A DNA stretch of 64,000 nt from Takakia lepidozioides (taxonomy: Eukaryota > Plantae > Bryophyta), in NCBI GenBank assembly GCA_030704615.1, contig CM060731.1:47616001-47680000 (forward strand), in the 5' to 3' direction. Made by a program: the position numbers and the translations under genes. Shown piece after piece: positions 1-12,149 of the stretch (position 1 is the stretch's first letter; each line of letters starts with the position of its first letter). The notes beneath the pieces were generated by a model, which worked only from the letters and a program-made list of their open reading frames with translations, made no database searches and was not told the DNA's origin.

Positions 1-1251
1 TTATTTTAGTGCACAAAGTTTGGATTCTGGCAGGAACCAATACCGACATCATTGCTGCGCATAAACAGTACAGAGTTGATGAGCCGGGCTGTTAAGCTCT
101 TTCAGGTACCTAATAGCACTGTCTAGTTGTAGTAGTGACAGGTTTACTTGTGGAATGTAATTTATAGTTGTAAGATGATTTCCTTTCCAGCAAAGACTTA
201 AAACCCCCCCTCCTTTCCCTCCTTTCCTCACCCCACTTCATGAATGGCTTTGGCTGTACCTTGAGCATGTGTGATTGTTGACTGCCTTTGTAAAGCCAGC
301 TATAGGCTATTTGATCCAGTACAATTTAAATTAAGGAGGATCTGCATCCGAAATCAGGGAAGGGAGGTGCACATTCAAGATCTTAAACCAAACAGAAAGC
401 AGCAAATAAATTGCCTTCAGGAGGCCAAAGGGTCTGTAGACGGATGTGAACACAACTGGTTGAGATTTGGAAAGTTCCAATGTTGGAAATTTGATTCAAA
501 CAGGTAGGCTTGTGGTACCAGCAAGATACCATTGTCATTTCGTTAGAGTTTCACAATGTGTTTCTTGTATTGGACTTGCACGTCTGGGCATTGAGGCCTT
601 TATCCTTGTGATACAAGGGAGACATTCCTTTCAAGGAGAGGATTCCCCTGGGCCAACTGCTGAAATTACCTGCCTGCAGTCCTTCAGGGACAATTGGCTA
701 CCATGTTGAGTGCCAATGACAAGCTTACAGTTATATAGCCCCTCTCTGGGGTTGGGATGGTTAGTTCTGGGTGCCTACAGCCAACTGTTTACAGCAATAA
801 GTCTGAAGGACATTGTATCACACAGCACCCCTTTTGATTTAATCTGTTTTGCAGGGTTATTTCTACCTGCAAGGTAAGTGTTTCTTGACTCTACAAGCTA
901 TGTTGACTAAACCACACCATCTGAATTTCTGACAGATAATCCAGTGGTTTGGGCTGTTGGAAATCAAGTAGTCATCTTGCGTGGATATGCATCTGTGAAA
1001 TGTCGGGGGCTAAGCTACGTGATTCACCAGCAGGGGGAAGGGGATTCTTGCAAGTGGACACCTTGCCCCTGAAGCCTTTCCCCAGGTGAGAAATAAGGCA
1101 CAACAAGCCCGTTCATCATCACTGGGTGTTATAAAGTGCTGACCTTCTAACTGAAGGGAGTACCCCTAACAATTTATGATCTCATGAGCATGGCAGCGCT
1201 TTCTATCTTCTTGCAGGCTAATTCACAATTAACTTGTTCTGGATGTGTCAG

Positions 1252-4200
1252 GTCATTCTCAAGTACATGGGTGCCAATCTGGAGGCAGGAACAACTCCAC
1301 CGAGGGCCCAAGAGCAGATTGACATGGTGCTGAAGCTATACAAGCCCACATTGAAACGGTCGGAGCTTCGTGATGAGCTATTTGCACAACTCTCCAAGCA
1401 GACCCGACGCAACCCAGACCGGTAATCTGTCCACCTGAGCCCTATCTATTGTAAATACTTCCAAGATGGCAGTTATGCTGGTGTTGGTCAAGAGACTAGG
1501 ATTCATGTGAGAGGCAACAGAAGCTTCCTATTTATGCCAGACAGACTGCAAGTCCACCTTATTTCAATTGATGATAAGATAGCTTTAAGGGACCCCCTTG
1601 TCCACCCCAAGGTCCAAAGTCTAAAGTATGTCAGTCATGTGCACAAATACCTTTGTGTTTACATAGGTTCCTCTGCACCAAAACCAAAAATCCATTGAAT
1701 CCCTAATTTTTCTTGGGTTTGCTGTATTTACAGAGCGTGCTTGCTGAAGGCATGGGAACTGATGTACCTTTGTGCATCCGGAATGCCCCCCGGCAAAGGC
1801 TTTGGTGCATATTTGTCAGAGTATGTGCATAAGGTGGCAAACTCCCCTACAGGAGATCCTGAAGTCCAGACATTTGCTCTAAACACTTGGAATGCACTCA
1901 AACGTTCAATGAAAGGAGGCCCCCGCCGTTTACTTCCAGCTCAGGAGGAGATAGAGGCTCTCTTAGCCGGACGAAAGCTGACTACCATAGCCTTTTTCTT
2001 GGATGAGACATTTGAAGAAGTTACGTATGATATGACTACCATGGTCTCTGATGTTGTAGAGGTAGCGCCCTTTCCAGAATATGTGACTTACATTGTTTTT
2101 CAGAAAGCAAGAGCATGGGCATTTTATTTTGTGAATATATTCAGGAGAGAGAGATTCTTTAGTATTCCTGGATAATATTGGCCTGTTTTGTGACCATATA
2201 ACTCACAAGTCACTAACCCACTACATGAGAATTTTCCAGGTTGGGATATATTTGACTACCCATTTTGTGCCAGTATGTCACATCATGATCCCCTACTCCA
2301 GTGCGGGATTAGATGAAGTCAATGCCTGACTTGATAATGACCATGTTTGCAGAACCTTGCAAGGATTATAAAGCTGACATCCCACCATAGTTTCGGTCTC
2401 TATGAGTGCTGCAAAGCTGCGGCTGGTTCCAAAAGGATTGATTCCGGTATTCTTTTTTCTCCCTGTGCATGCATTGTCGACATTGTTAGAAGTAGTTGGT
2501 TGGTATAGATATGGTCAGGTTGGAAGGAGAGTTGTCGCTGTACCTAGTATCGCAACATCCACGGCACTGAAACGACCTTGTTGTCCCTTGTTAAAGCCAC
2601 TGGAGACCGAAAGGGCCTATTGGACCCTGAAGGACAACAAGAGGCAACTTAAAGATAGTCTAAATCCCCAAAGATCACTGAGTTCCTCTTTCAGGTGAGC
2701 TTCTTAGCACCTTTGGCCAGAGAGACCAGTAGGGACGGTGGAAACAGAGTGGGGAAGATGGAGCTAGAGGGGAAACAGAGGCCAAGGAAGATAAAGGAAG
2801 AGATTGGGGTAGGTGGAGTCATAGCAGAAAGTCTCTATTTGTGCGGTAATTTTTTTGTCCTCTTTGAAAAGTGCAGTGGAGAACTTGCCTCTCCTATATT
2901 TTAATGTACAAAAACTGGTTGGTGCTTTGTTTGCAGAGGAGCACATATTGCTGGATGATAACAAATACATAGGCGACATTGTGGCGGATTTTAAAGCCAC
3001 TAAAGGGCACAATAAGGGTGAACCCTTGCCATTCAAGTTGCTCTTTAAAAACCGTCTGTTCCAAGAATCTGATGACTCCGTATCAGAGCCAAAGGTTGTG
3101 CAGCTGGCCTATGTTCAGGTATATTTTAGCACATGTAATTGTCCATGCTTGGTCAGGCAAAACTCTGTCTTCCATAAAATTTGTGATTCTCAACAGCTCT
3201 ATCGAATCGAAATCGAAATCCAAACAGAAGTCTAGTGATCAATTCGGTGGCCTGTTCACCTGGTACAGATTTATTGGTGCACGATTTATGTTGATAAGCG
3301 GGACTGTATACACGGCTGCTGCTAAAAATTTGCAATTCTAGTACAAGTTACATTTGACACCTGCTGGTGAAGGAGAGCGGAGTGTGGAGTTCTTTTTGAC
3401 CGAAATAGTACTATGTGCATGCAGTCTCAACATGAATACATGGCAGGGGACTATCCAGTTTGGAAGGATGATGCTGCACAGCTGGCAGCACTGCAAATGC
3501 AGGCCGAGTTAGGGGCAGTCCGCAATCCTGAGAGTAGAAGGTAAGTCTGAATATGGGTGAGCTTAGTGTCCGAGTAGTAGGAATTGATTAATAAGAGCTG
3601 TAGGAAGGTAAGTCTTGGGTTTTTTAATTGACAGGTAATGTGTCTTTAGAGATCTGAAACACCTCGATTGACAGATGAACAACAATAGAGGGCACTGTAG
3701 AAAGAATATGACATCTTGGCAGAGAGAAGCACCAATGGTAAACCCCAGGTGCAGGCGTTTAATAATCTGACATATATTATTTTCCAGTTCTTTAATGCAT
3801 AGCATGTTACTCTCTCTGCAGAGATTGGGCAGCATTGCTAGACCGGTGCTTGCCAACACAGGTCGCAGTCACTCGAGCCAAACGGGATTGGGAGCTTGAT
3901 ATCCTGAGTCGCTATCGTGCAATGGTAGGTTCCATCTCCTATATCATGAAGATAATGAAAGGGTGAGGAAGGGACATATGTATGGAGAGCAAAGGTAGGT
4001 GAATTGTCTCAATGACAAAAATGAAAAAATGAGAGGGATTGGTTGGGGCCAGGCACATTTATCGAAAGATGATGCAAGACAAGGTTTACTGCAGATTTTG
4101 CGGGGGTTACCCTATTACAACTCGGTTTTCTTTAGCGTGGACAAGATTGATGATCCCATTGGGCTGCTGCCGGGGCGAATCATTCTTGGCATCAATAAGT

Positions 4201-7200
4201 GTGGGGTATGCGTTGTGTTTCTGGAATGGAGGATGTGGTCATCTCTCTATTGTAGGATTTAGAGAACCTCTACGTTGTACCCGTGGATTTTTCCAACCTG
4301 GATTGCTACTATTGTTGCTTCGAAATTCAGGGCATCAGGGTCTCTGTTCCAGATTAGGTTGCCTGAATGCGAGTGCTCTTAGGATTGATGTGGCCTTTCG
4401 AATTATGTTAGATCTATGAAGGAGTCTATGCTGAACATGCTCATTGCTCTCTTCCAGTATTTTAGAATATCCTGAGGAGTTGGGGTCTATCTGAATACCA
4501 AAATTGGTTTCATACTTGTTCCCACATGATTTGTTTATCGGGTTCTGTATTTTCAGATTCACTTTTTCCGGCCAGTGCCCAAGGAGTACTTACACTCAGC
4601 TGCATTACGTGACATTATGCAGTTTGGGAGTAGCAATATGGCTGTCTTTTTCAAAATGCGTGTTTCTGGTGTTTTATGTGTACTTCAGTTTGAGACAAAG
4701 CAGGTCAGACACCCGCAAGACTGCTAAGTGGTCATTATTGTCTATACATGATACCATTATTTGGTAATTCTCAGACTGACAGCAAAATTTTCAGGGCACT
4801 AAACAGATGTTGATTGCTCTAATGTGACTGCGGATTTGAGTGTTCGATCCATGGAGAGGATAGCATGCTATCAAATAATTTAAGGAAGTTTGGGGTTGGC
4901 TGTGTGTGTAGGAGGGGGAAGGATGGTAACTAAGGGAGGTTTGTGATGGTGAGCAGGGTGAAGAGATATGTGTAGCACTGCAGACGCACATCAATGAAGT
5001 GATGTCGCGGCGTTACTCCAAAACGCGTAATGCATCCTATATGCAGGGTCCAAGTGCTCCTGATGCAGTGCCAGTTTTAAATTTGAATCCGCCCGGCGTT
5101 GAAGTGTGGCAGAAGCAACTACAGGAGATGTCAAAACTCCTTGATGAATCTCAACATAAAATAGATCAGGCAAGTCGTGTAATAATTTTTTTTCTCATTT
5201 CTGAGTAGTATGACCCATAGCTTGCAGGAATTGAGAGCTGAACCGACGTGGTATTCTCTAAGGCAGCTTTCAGAAGAGATACGTGGTAAGGAGAAAAAGG
5301 AAACACAGCTAATGGAGGAGCTGGCATGGCTTCGAGATACTCTGCGTGCAGAGGAACAGGCCCGCTATGAGGTGTCTGGAGAGCGAGGGCGCCTGTCCAA
5401 GCAGCTGATTGACATGGATGCTGCATTGCAGGTACTGATTTGTTTGGTTTTGAATTCTTTTATGCTGGTCGCAGCGTGTGTTAATTGTTCTTTGCATATA
5501 AGTGGACAACTAAGTGCAGGAAGGTAGTTCTGTTCCTAGTCTCCACCTACCTGGAATTTTTCCTCTCATTTGGGATAGTTGAGAGGGGAATGGAACAGTT
5601 TGTCATAGCATCTTTCATATGCAGGCCTGTCTCCCAAAGCTGACCTGGTTGGCCTCAAAAAACAGGCAGTGCTCCACACGCAGAGCTCCACAATCCCCTC
5701 TGGAGGTCCAAAGGACAAGAATTCTGAACAGGATCGCAATCTCGAAATCCAGGTGTTTTGCCTTGGGCATTAAGTCTTTACACAGCTGTGCTCTGTTCCT
5801 GTTGCTATTGCTTTACCAATCAGAAAGATTTTGATGCTCACTCTGAATCACAGTGTCTGCATGTGGTCATCTGCAGCCTATGACTCCGCTTTTGATGTGC
5901 TGGTTGCCTTGATTCTGATTGTTGTCCTATTGTGTCACTTCCACGAGGTCATCTCATTTCTGCAGTATCTACGGCTACAAGTGGTGTCCCTTGACTGGGT
6001 CTAATGAGCTTGTAAGAAAAGTCGGTGGTAGAGTTTGTGATTCTTGCGAATGTATGTCTTGTTTGTTGACAAACTAATGGTGGTGCTGTGATTGCTTGAT
6101 AGCTCAAGGAATCACAGAATGAATTGAGGGTAATGACAGAGGAGCTGCAAAAGAAGGAGGAGATTGCCAATAATTTGGCAACAGAGAAACATGAACTGGA
6201 GCAGAAGTTCACCCATCTTGAGAGAAGCAAAACAGAGGAGGTATGTGTAAATTCCCTTTGGAGCATTGTAAGAAGTTATTGTTGATGTTTGTTGTCTCTC
6301 CCATATCCCCTACCTGTGCTTCACCTCCAGTTGCTTTGCACCCATGCAATAGTTCTCTGTCTCCACCACAGAATCTGCAAGTGATTGAGGTGGGCAATGT
6401 TGGAGGTGTCAAGGCTATAGCCCTTGCACGGCACTCTGAGAACAGAACGGGACGGGTAGCTCAGTGGTAGAGCACCCCACCGGAATGGGGGAGGTCCTAG
6501 GTTCAATCCCTAGCCCGACCACACGCCAGTGGTTTTCCAACATGGTATCAGAGCCAAGGTTGGGGCGGTGGTCAGAATGGGTGGGCATTAGCATAAGGGC
6601 TTCGCCTTGAGGGGGAGTGTTGGAGGTGTCAAGGCTATAGCCCTTGCACGGCACTCTGAGAACAGAAAGGGGACGGGTAGCTCAGTGGTAGAGCACCCCA
6701 CCGGAATGGGGGAGGTCCTAGGTTCAATCCCTAGCCCGACCATACGCTAGTGGTTTTCCAACATGGTATCAGAGCCAAGGTTGGGGCGGTGGTCAGAATG
6801 GGGGGGCATTAGCATAAGGGCTATGCCTCGAGGGGGAGTGTTGCAGGTGTCAAGGCTATAGCCCTTGCACGGCACTCTGAGAACAGAACGGGACAGGTAG
6901 CTCAGTGGTAGAGCACCCCACCGGAATGGGGGAGGTCCTAGGTTCAATCCCTAGCCCGACCACACGCCAGTGGTTTTCCAACAGGCAAGTCATTTATATT
7001 GGCAATGTAAATGCACCTGTATGAAGAGTTCAACAAATAGAAGTTGTGCTGAAGCTGTGACTGGTGTGGAAGCATTTGTACTGTTTATCAGTGGAGCTGG
7101 GCAATATGAGCATGGTGATTAATACATGACTGACGTCCATTATACGCATGAGTCCAATGTGCCAAAAGGTCTAAGATGCCTTCATATTATCTCTTCAACA

Positions 7201-10200
7201 GTCCGATTCATTTGTTTTCCTTGGGGAAGGTGGGGGTGGGGAGGAGGGGCTGGGCAGATCTCAATGTAATGCAATTAAGTGGAAACCCGTGGTGTTTCAC
7301 TTCATCAGTATTGTGGGGGAGTTCTTTAAGTTCCCTTCTTTCTGGATTTGGAGAGGGAGCATAGCACCTGTATCATTGCAGGGCTACCTAGGGAACTTGT
7401 ATAAGTTGGGGCTCATTTTGACAAGTCTCTGTTGTGGTGTAGACAAGAGTGCTTGAGCAGAACTTTGAGAATGAGAGAGACGAGCTAAGGGTTCAACTAG
7501 CAGATAGCGAGAAGAAATTGGCAGAGCTCACTCAACAGCTGCATTGTGCTGAATCAATGCTGGCTGATCACAGCCGTGAGTTTCAAAAGTTGCAGGCCAA
7601 CGTTAAGGAGCACGACGAACTACAAGAGATGAAGGAGGTGAGAAGAAGGAAAGGGAGAAAGATATGTATATATCCTTGTCTACAATTGTTCAGTGCTTCA
7701 GCTCCTTAGATGTGGTAGAGAGGCATGCTTCCCTGCTTGCATGCAGGAAATTTCAGCAACCAATCAGTATTAATCTGTATCATGGATCCTTCTGTCAACA
7801 TTGCTAGGAAGCTCTGTCTCTGTTATAAAGTACCATTCCATTCATTTCATTCTGTGTATGCAACGCAATTGTTAGAACTAAGAGCCACGGGTGCTCGTGC
7901 ATGGATGATGTAAAGGACGTAGACAGGAAGAATGCTCAAACTGCGGTCATTTTGAAGCGTCAGGCCGACCAAATACTTCAGCTAGAGGCCCACCACAGGG
8001 AGGAACAGATCCTGCGGAAGCGTTACTTCAATATGATTGAAGGCATGCCTCCTCCTTCCTTTATCCCAGTCTGTTTCTTGCCCTGTCCGTGACTCTGATG
8101 GGTATAACTATTGTGTCCCTCTGTTGTCTCCAATTTGCTCAGCCTTCTTTATATATTGACTGGATGTCAATGATGGAATGTGCCCACACTTATCACTTTC
8201 TGTTGTTCTTCATTTGGGAGTCTGCAGATATGAAGGGTAAGATAAGGGTGTATGTGCGATGGAGACCATTGAATGAAAGAGAGAGGGAGAACCAACGGAA
8301 TGTGCTATCATCCCCTGATGAATTTACAGTTGAGCACCCGTGGAAAGATGACAAACCTAAGCAACACCAGTTTGACCGTGTGTTTGATCAATTTTCTACC
8401 CAGGAACAAGTCTTTGAAGACACTAAGGTAGGCTCTTTGAGATATTTAGGCTGCTGACATCCACTACAGCATTTGGTTTGGGGGGAAATCCTGTACATGT
8501 GAGTAACTATCACGGCTGATGATGGGTTGCAGTATTTGGTCCAGTCGGCAATTGATGGGTTCAATGTTTGCATATTTGCATATGGGCAAACCGGATCGGG
8601 CAAAACCTTCACAATCTATGGGACAGACAGTGATCCGGGGCTCACACCCCGGGCTATTCGGGAGCTTTTCAACTGCATGAAGCGGGATTCCAACAAATAT
8701 TCATTTGCTTTGAAGGTAAGGCACTATTACAGGTCTGTGCTGTTATTGCCAGTTGATAGGTTTCTTCTTGGGTCCGTTGTCCTTGCTGTATATCTGGACT
8801 GAACTCTCCTTTGACTGCATCAGGAAGTCCAGTGCAGCCAAAAATGAACAGACAGATTATAGTGTAATGAGCAATACACTTGTGTTCTCTGTAATTTCTG
8901 ATATTTTGGTGAAAGAGACCTGAAGAACTTCAGATCATTTTTTACGTCATAAAGTACCACTTCATTTCATTTCCTCAAGAAAACAATATTCAAATATGGT
9001 CTGACAGATAGGCTAGTGCTGAGTTGATATGGCGCCTAATTCTGCTGGGACGTATTTTTGGTCGAGTTGCAGGTGTACATGTTGGAACTCTACCAAGACT
9101 CTCTGATTGACTTGCTTCTGCAGAGGAATGATGGGAAACCACGCAAACTTGAGATCAAGAAGGACACTAAGGTAGGTGCTCTTTCCTTGGCAAGTACCAG
9201 AAAAGTTGCCTTTGCTGCCTCTGCGCTACAGTTTGGTGTCATTATGTGCAGTGCCTTGGGGAATGGTGTTCTTGCGCCTTTTTGTCGTCTGGCTGAAAAG
9301 GAGAAATGAAATGAAATGAAATGGTGAGAGGGGTTGAATTGCTTGAGCTGTTTGGGCAAAGGGCAGGTGCCTAGGGATTAATGGCTGTGTATCTGTTGAA
9401 GTCCTTAGTTGGTGTCAGATGGCAGCAAAAGTTCGGACTTGTATGTATTTTTTCAACGTTATTGATATTCAGAACTCTCCTCTGCATTTTATGACTACTC
9501 AGTGATCGGATATAGTTCTCTTAAAGAGATCTGAGGGGATTCTACTGTATCTCTTAGTGCTGGTGACATACTGGGTTCTGTGCCTGATTTGTAGGTAGAT
9601 TTTCAAATGGGGCAGAGATCAAAACAGGTGAAAGGGCTTAAAGTTCTCTTGCATCTTACTGCAATTCGGACATGGCAGGGCATGGTGGTGGTGGAGAATG
9701 CGACTGTGCTGCCGGTCGCATCACTGGAAGAGCTGGAAGCCATTTTATTCAAGGGCCTGGAGAAGCGGCATACCTGTGGCACTCAAATGAATGAAGAGAG
9801 TTCACGGTCACACCTCATATTGTCAATTATTGTTGAGAGCACCAACCTGCAGGATCAAGTCCTTGTGAAGGGCAAGGTCTGTTTCCACAGATGTCTGGTC
9901 TGTTTTGGTTGTTTAAAAGAACAACCTGCTGTTTCTGAAATTTTCCTATGATTGAAGGTGGAGATGGACGGAGGTGTGAGGACAATAGAGAGAGAATGAT
10001 GTACGCTGATATCATCAGGCAGTGTGAAGCTTGTGCTGGTAAGGGCCAGCATTGGCAAACGCTTGAGAGTAAACACGTGATTCCGACACTTCTCCACCAT
10101 GAGTCTAGACAGAACATCCAGAAAGCTCCCTAAGATGATGAATGATGGCCTACCAATGGACCCTTGAGCCACGCAGGCCTCAGAGAAGGTTATAGATATA

Positions 10201-11141
10201 ATTATCAGATCTGGGAATTGCCAGCTAGGAAAATTCCTCAGGATGTAGTCCTAAAGTTATACAGTTCCTACCTAAAAAAAGAGTCTCACTGAGTTCACTT
10301 GTTCCCATGCTTCTATCATGTATCGCAGTTTGGAAGTAAGGGTGAAGTAGTGGGTGGGGATTCTAAAAATAAGTTTGTGGTGGTGTACGCAGTTGAGTTT
10401 TGTGGATCTGGCAGGGTCTGAGAGAGTGAAGAAGTCAGGATCGACTGGGGAGCAACTAAAGGAAGCCATGAGCATCAATAAGTCATTGTCAGCATTGGGT
10501 GATGTTATCAGCGCGCTGGCAACTGATGACCAACATATACCTTACCGCAACCATAAGTTGACCATGCTCATGAGTGATTCGCTTGGTGGCAATGCCAAGA
10601 CCCTCATGTTTGTCAACATCTCCCCATCAGACGGAAACCTTGATGAAACCCATAGCTCCCTCTGGTGGGTAATGTCTTGATTCTCACCCCAAGTGTGTAT
10701 GCAGACTGTCTTGAATTGTCTTCATCCTTGTGCTGGTATGCACCCATATTAATAGAATATGTGGCCTTTCTGCAGCATAAAATCTTCTCAAGACTCCTGT
10801 AGGAAAACTAGCTTCTCATAAAATATGATTAACAACTGCTTTTTTTAGTTTCTCATTGGGTATGAGTGGGTGTTAAATCAGCCTGTTCTCCAATATGGAC
10901 CTTATCATCTGTAGAGGTAAGAAATGTGCCAGACATACCTTCTTCTTTTTTTATGTGTGCTTGCAGCTATGCAACACGGGTCAGGTCAATTATAAATGAT
11001 GCCATCAAAAATCTCTCATCGAAAGAGATCTTGCGGCTAAAGAAGCAGATAGCATACTGGAAGGAACAGGCTGATAAACCTGGAGGGGAAGACCTGGAAG
11101 AGATCACAGAGGAGCGGGCCACAAAATCTACGATGTGGTAG
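1252..11141 (+). CDS. KCBP: Kinesin-like calmodulin-binding protein (kinesin-14; MyTH4-FERM-coiled coil-motor-CaM-binding), multi-exon; first exon(s) not resolved
   Basis: Exons encode MyTH4 ([31 protein letters not shown]) and FERM ([43 protein letters not shown]). The motor has [14 protein letters not shown]-loop [27 protein letters not shown] and [10 protein letters not shown]. The C-terminus is [16 protein letters not shown], stop at 11139-11141. Introns are GT/GC-AG. Confidence 0.95.
6450..6521 (+). ncRNA. tRNA-like cloverleaf in LTR1 (Pol III type-2 promoter)
   Basis: GGACGGG-TA-GCTC-AGTGGTA-GAGC-A-CCCCA-CCGGAAT-GGGGG-AGGTC-CTAGG-TTCAATC-CCTAG-CCCGACC-A, 72 nt. A box TAGCTCAGTGG, B box GGTTCAATCC. 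TATA at 6416-6419 and TTTT at 6533-6536. Confidence 0.88.
6671..6742 (+). ncRNA. tRNA-like cloverleaf in LTR2
   Basis: Same 72-nt sequence as the LTR1 copy. Confidence 0.88.
6891..6962 (+). ncRNA. tRNA-like cloverleaf in LTR3
   Basis: Same as the LTR1 copy except GGACAGG in the acceptor stem. Confidence 0.86.
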
Positions 11142-12149
11142 TACTGGTGCTCTTGCTTGCTCAGTAGATAGATTCAATTCATCTTGTTTTGAATGGGATA
11201 TCCAGCTGGAGGTTTGGGTTTGTGTGCTGCACAGTTGCAAGGCATGTGATCTTTCTCTCCCAACCAGCTAGCAAGCTAGTTGATAGTTTTGGTTTGTTGC
11301 GTTCCCTGTGCCCAAGAGAAAAACATGCAAGAGAGAATTCAGAGCTGATGGAGAAGGGAAGCTCACTTGTGCTTGGCATGGAGGCGAGGGAGACAGGGAG
11401 TGCAGAGATATGCTTGCAGTGTTCTTGTCACTTCAATAAGCAGCTCAAGGCAGCACTATAGACAATAGATCACTGTAGTCAATCAGACAAACCTGTGTGC
11501 ACATTCTTGGGGGCCCCTCTGTGCTTTGCTGCAGACCTACTCCTAGCTACACTGCTTGTAAAGTGGCTCCAAATTTTTAAACAACACACCATCTAAAGGT
11601 CAATAAAAGTAGGTTGCATTCTTGTGCAAAGAGACTGGCTGTATACATAAGAGACTTTGCCGATTTTTTGGTATCTGAGATGTTTGTGGTACATAACAAT
11701 CCAAGCTACCAACATTCTGACATGTTCCTCAGTTTTGATCAAAGTAGCACAGCAAGTCGAGTGATCAAAGAAGCCTTTGATGCATGACTAGAAAGACGTA
11801 AGCCGGATGCTTGATGTTAGGCTGACGGGATTGATGCACATACTGACTGGTGACTGGGAAGCCACATATGACAGGAACCTGATGGGATTGATCTGTGAAG
11901 CGATTTACTAGAATCTGCAGTGTATTTCTTTAGGAATCCATTAGGATATGCCAAATAGTATGTGGAAGTGGAGCCTGCAGGTGACGGTCAATGAGGTGCA
12001 GTGTGGAGAGGGTAGCACCTTGGCGACAGTCAACATGGCTAGCCTAGAGGCATATAGAGGAGTGACAGTATGGGCTCCCTTCCAGCTCTTTCAAGTTACC
12101 ATTGTTTTCCTTATTGACCCTTGGAAGGATCTAGGGGCGATTTTTTTTC

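Larger units (their letters stand above)
6398..6983 (+). mobile_element. Tandem TRIM (non-autonomous miniature LTR retrotransposon), 3 LTRs with tRNA-like cores, in KCBP intron 6241-7442
   Basis: LTRs are 6398-6542, 6618-6763 and 6839-6983, ending TGTTG(G/C)...CCAACA. A PBS TGGTATCAGAGCCA (complement of the tRNA-iMet 3' end) follows LTR1 and LTR2. A PPT GAGGGGGAG precedes LTR2 and LTR3. Internal domains are 75 bp. The 5-bp TSD GGCAA is at 6393-6397 and 6984-6988. Confidence 0.96.

Noticed and set aside
150-710. Possible L1 linker/RT remnant (DSPGP motif)
   Set aside because: Only a single weak motif.
6398-6983. CRISPR-like array, or a genuine cluster of three tRNA genes
   Set aside because: The spacers are near-identical rather than unique, and the unit has LTR ends, PBS, PPT and TSD. 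The anticodon loop is non-canonical and the acceptor stem has a mismatch, so no isotype was assigned.
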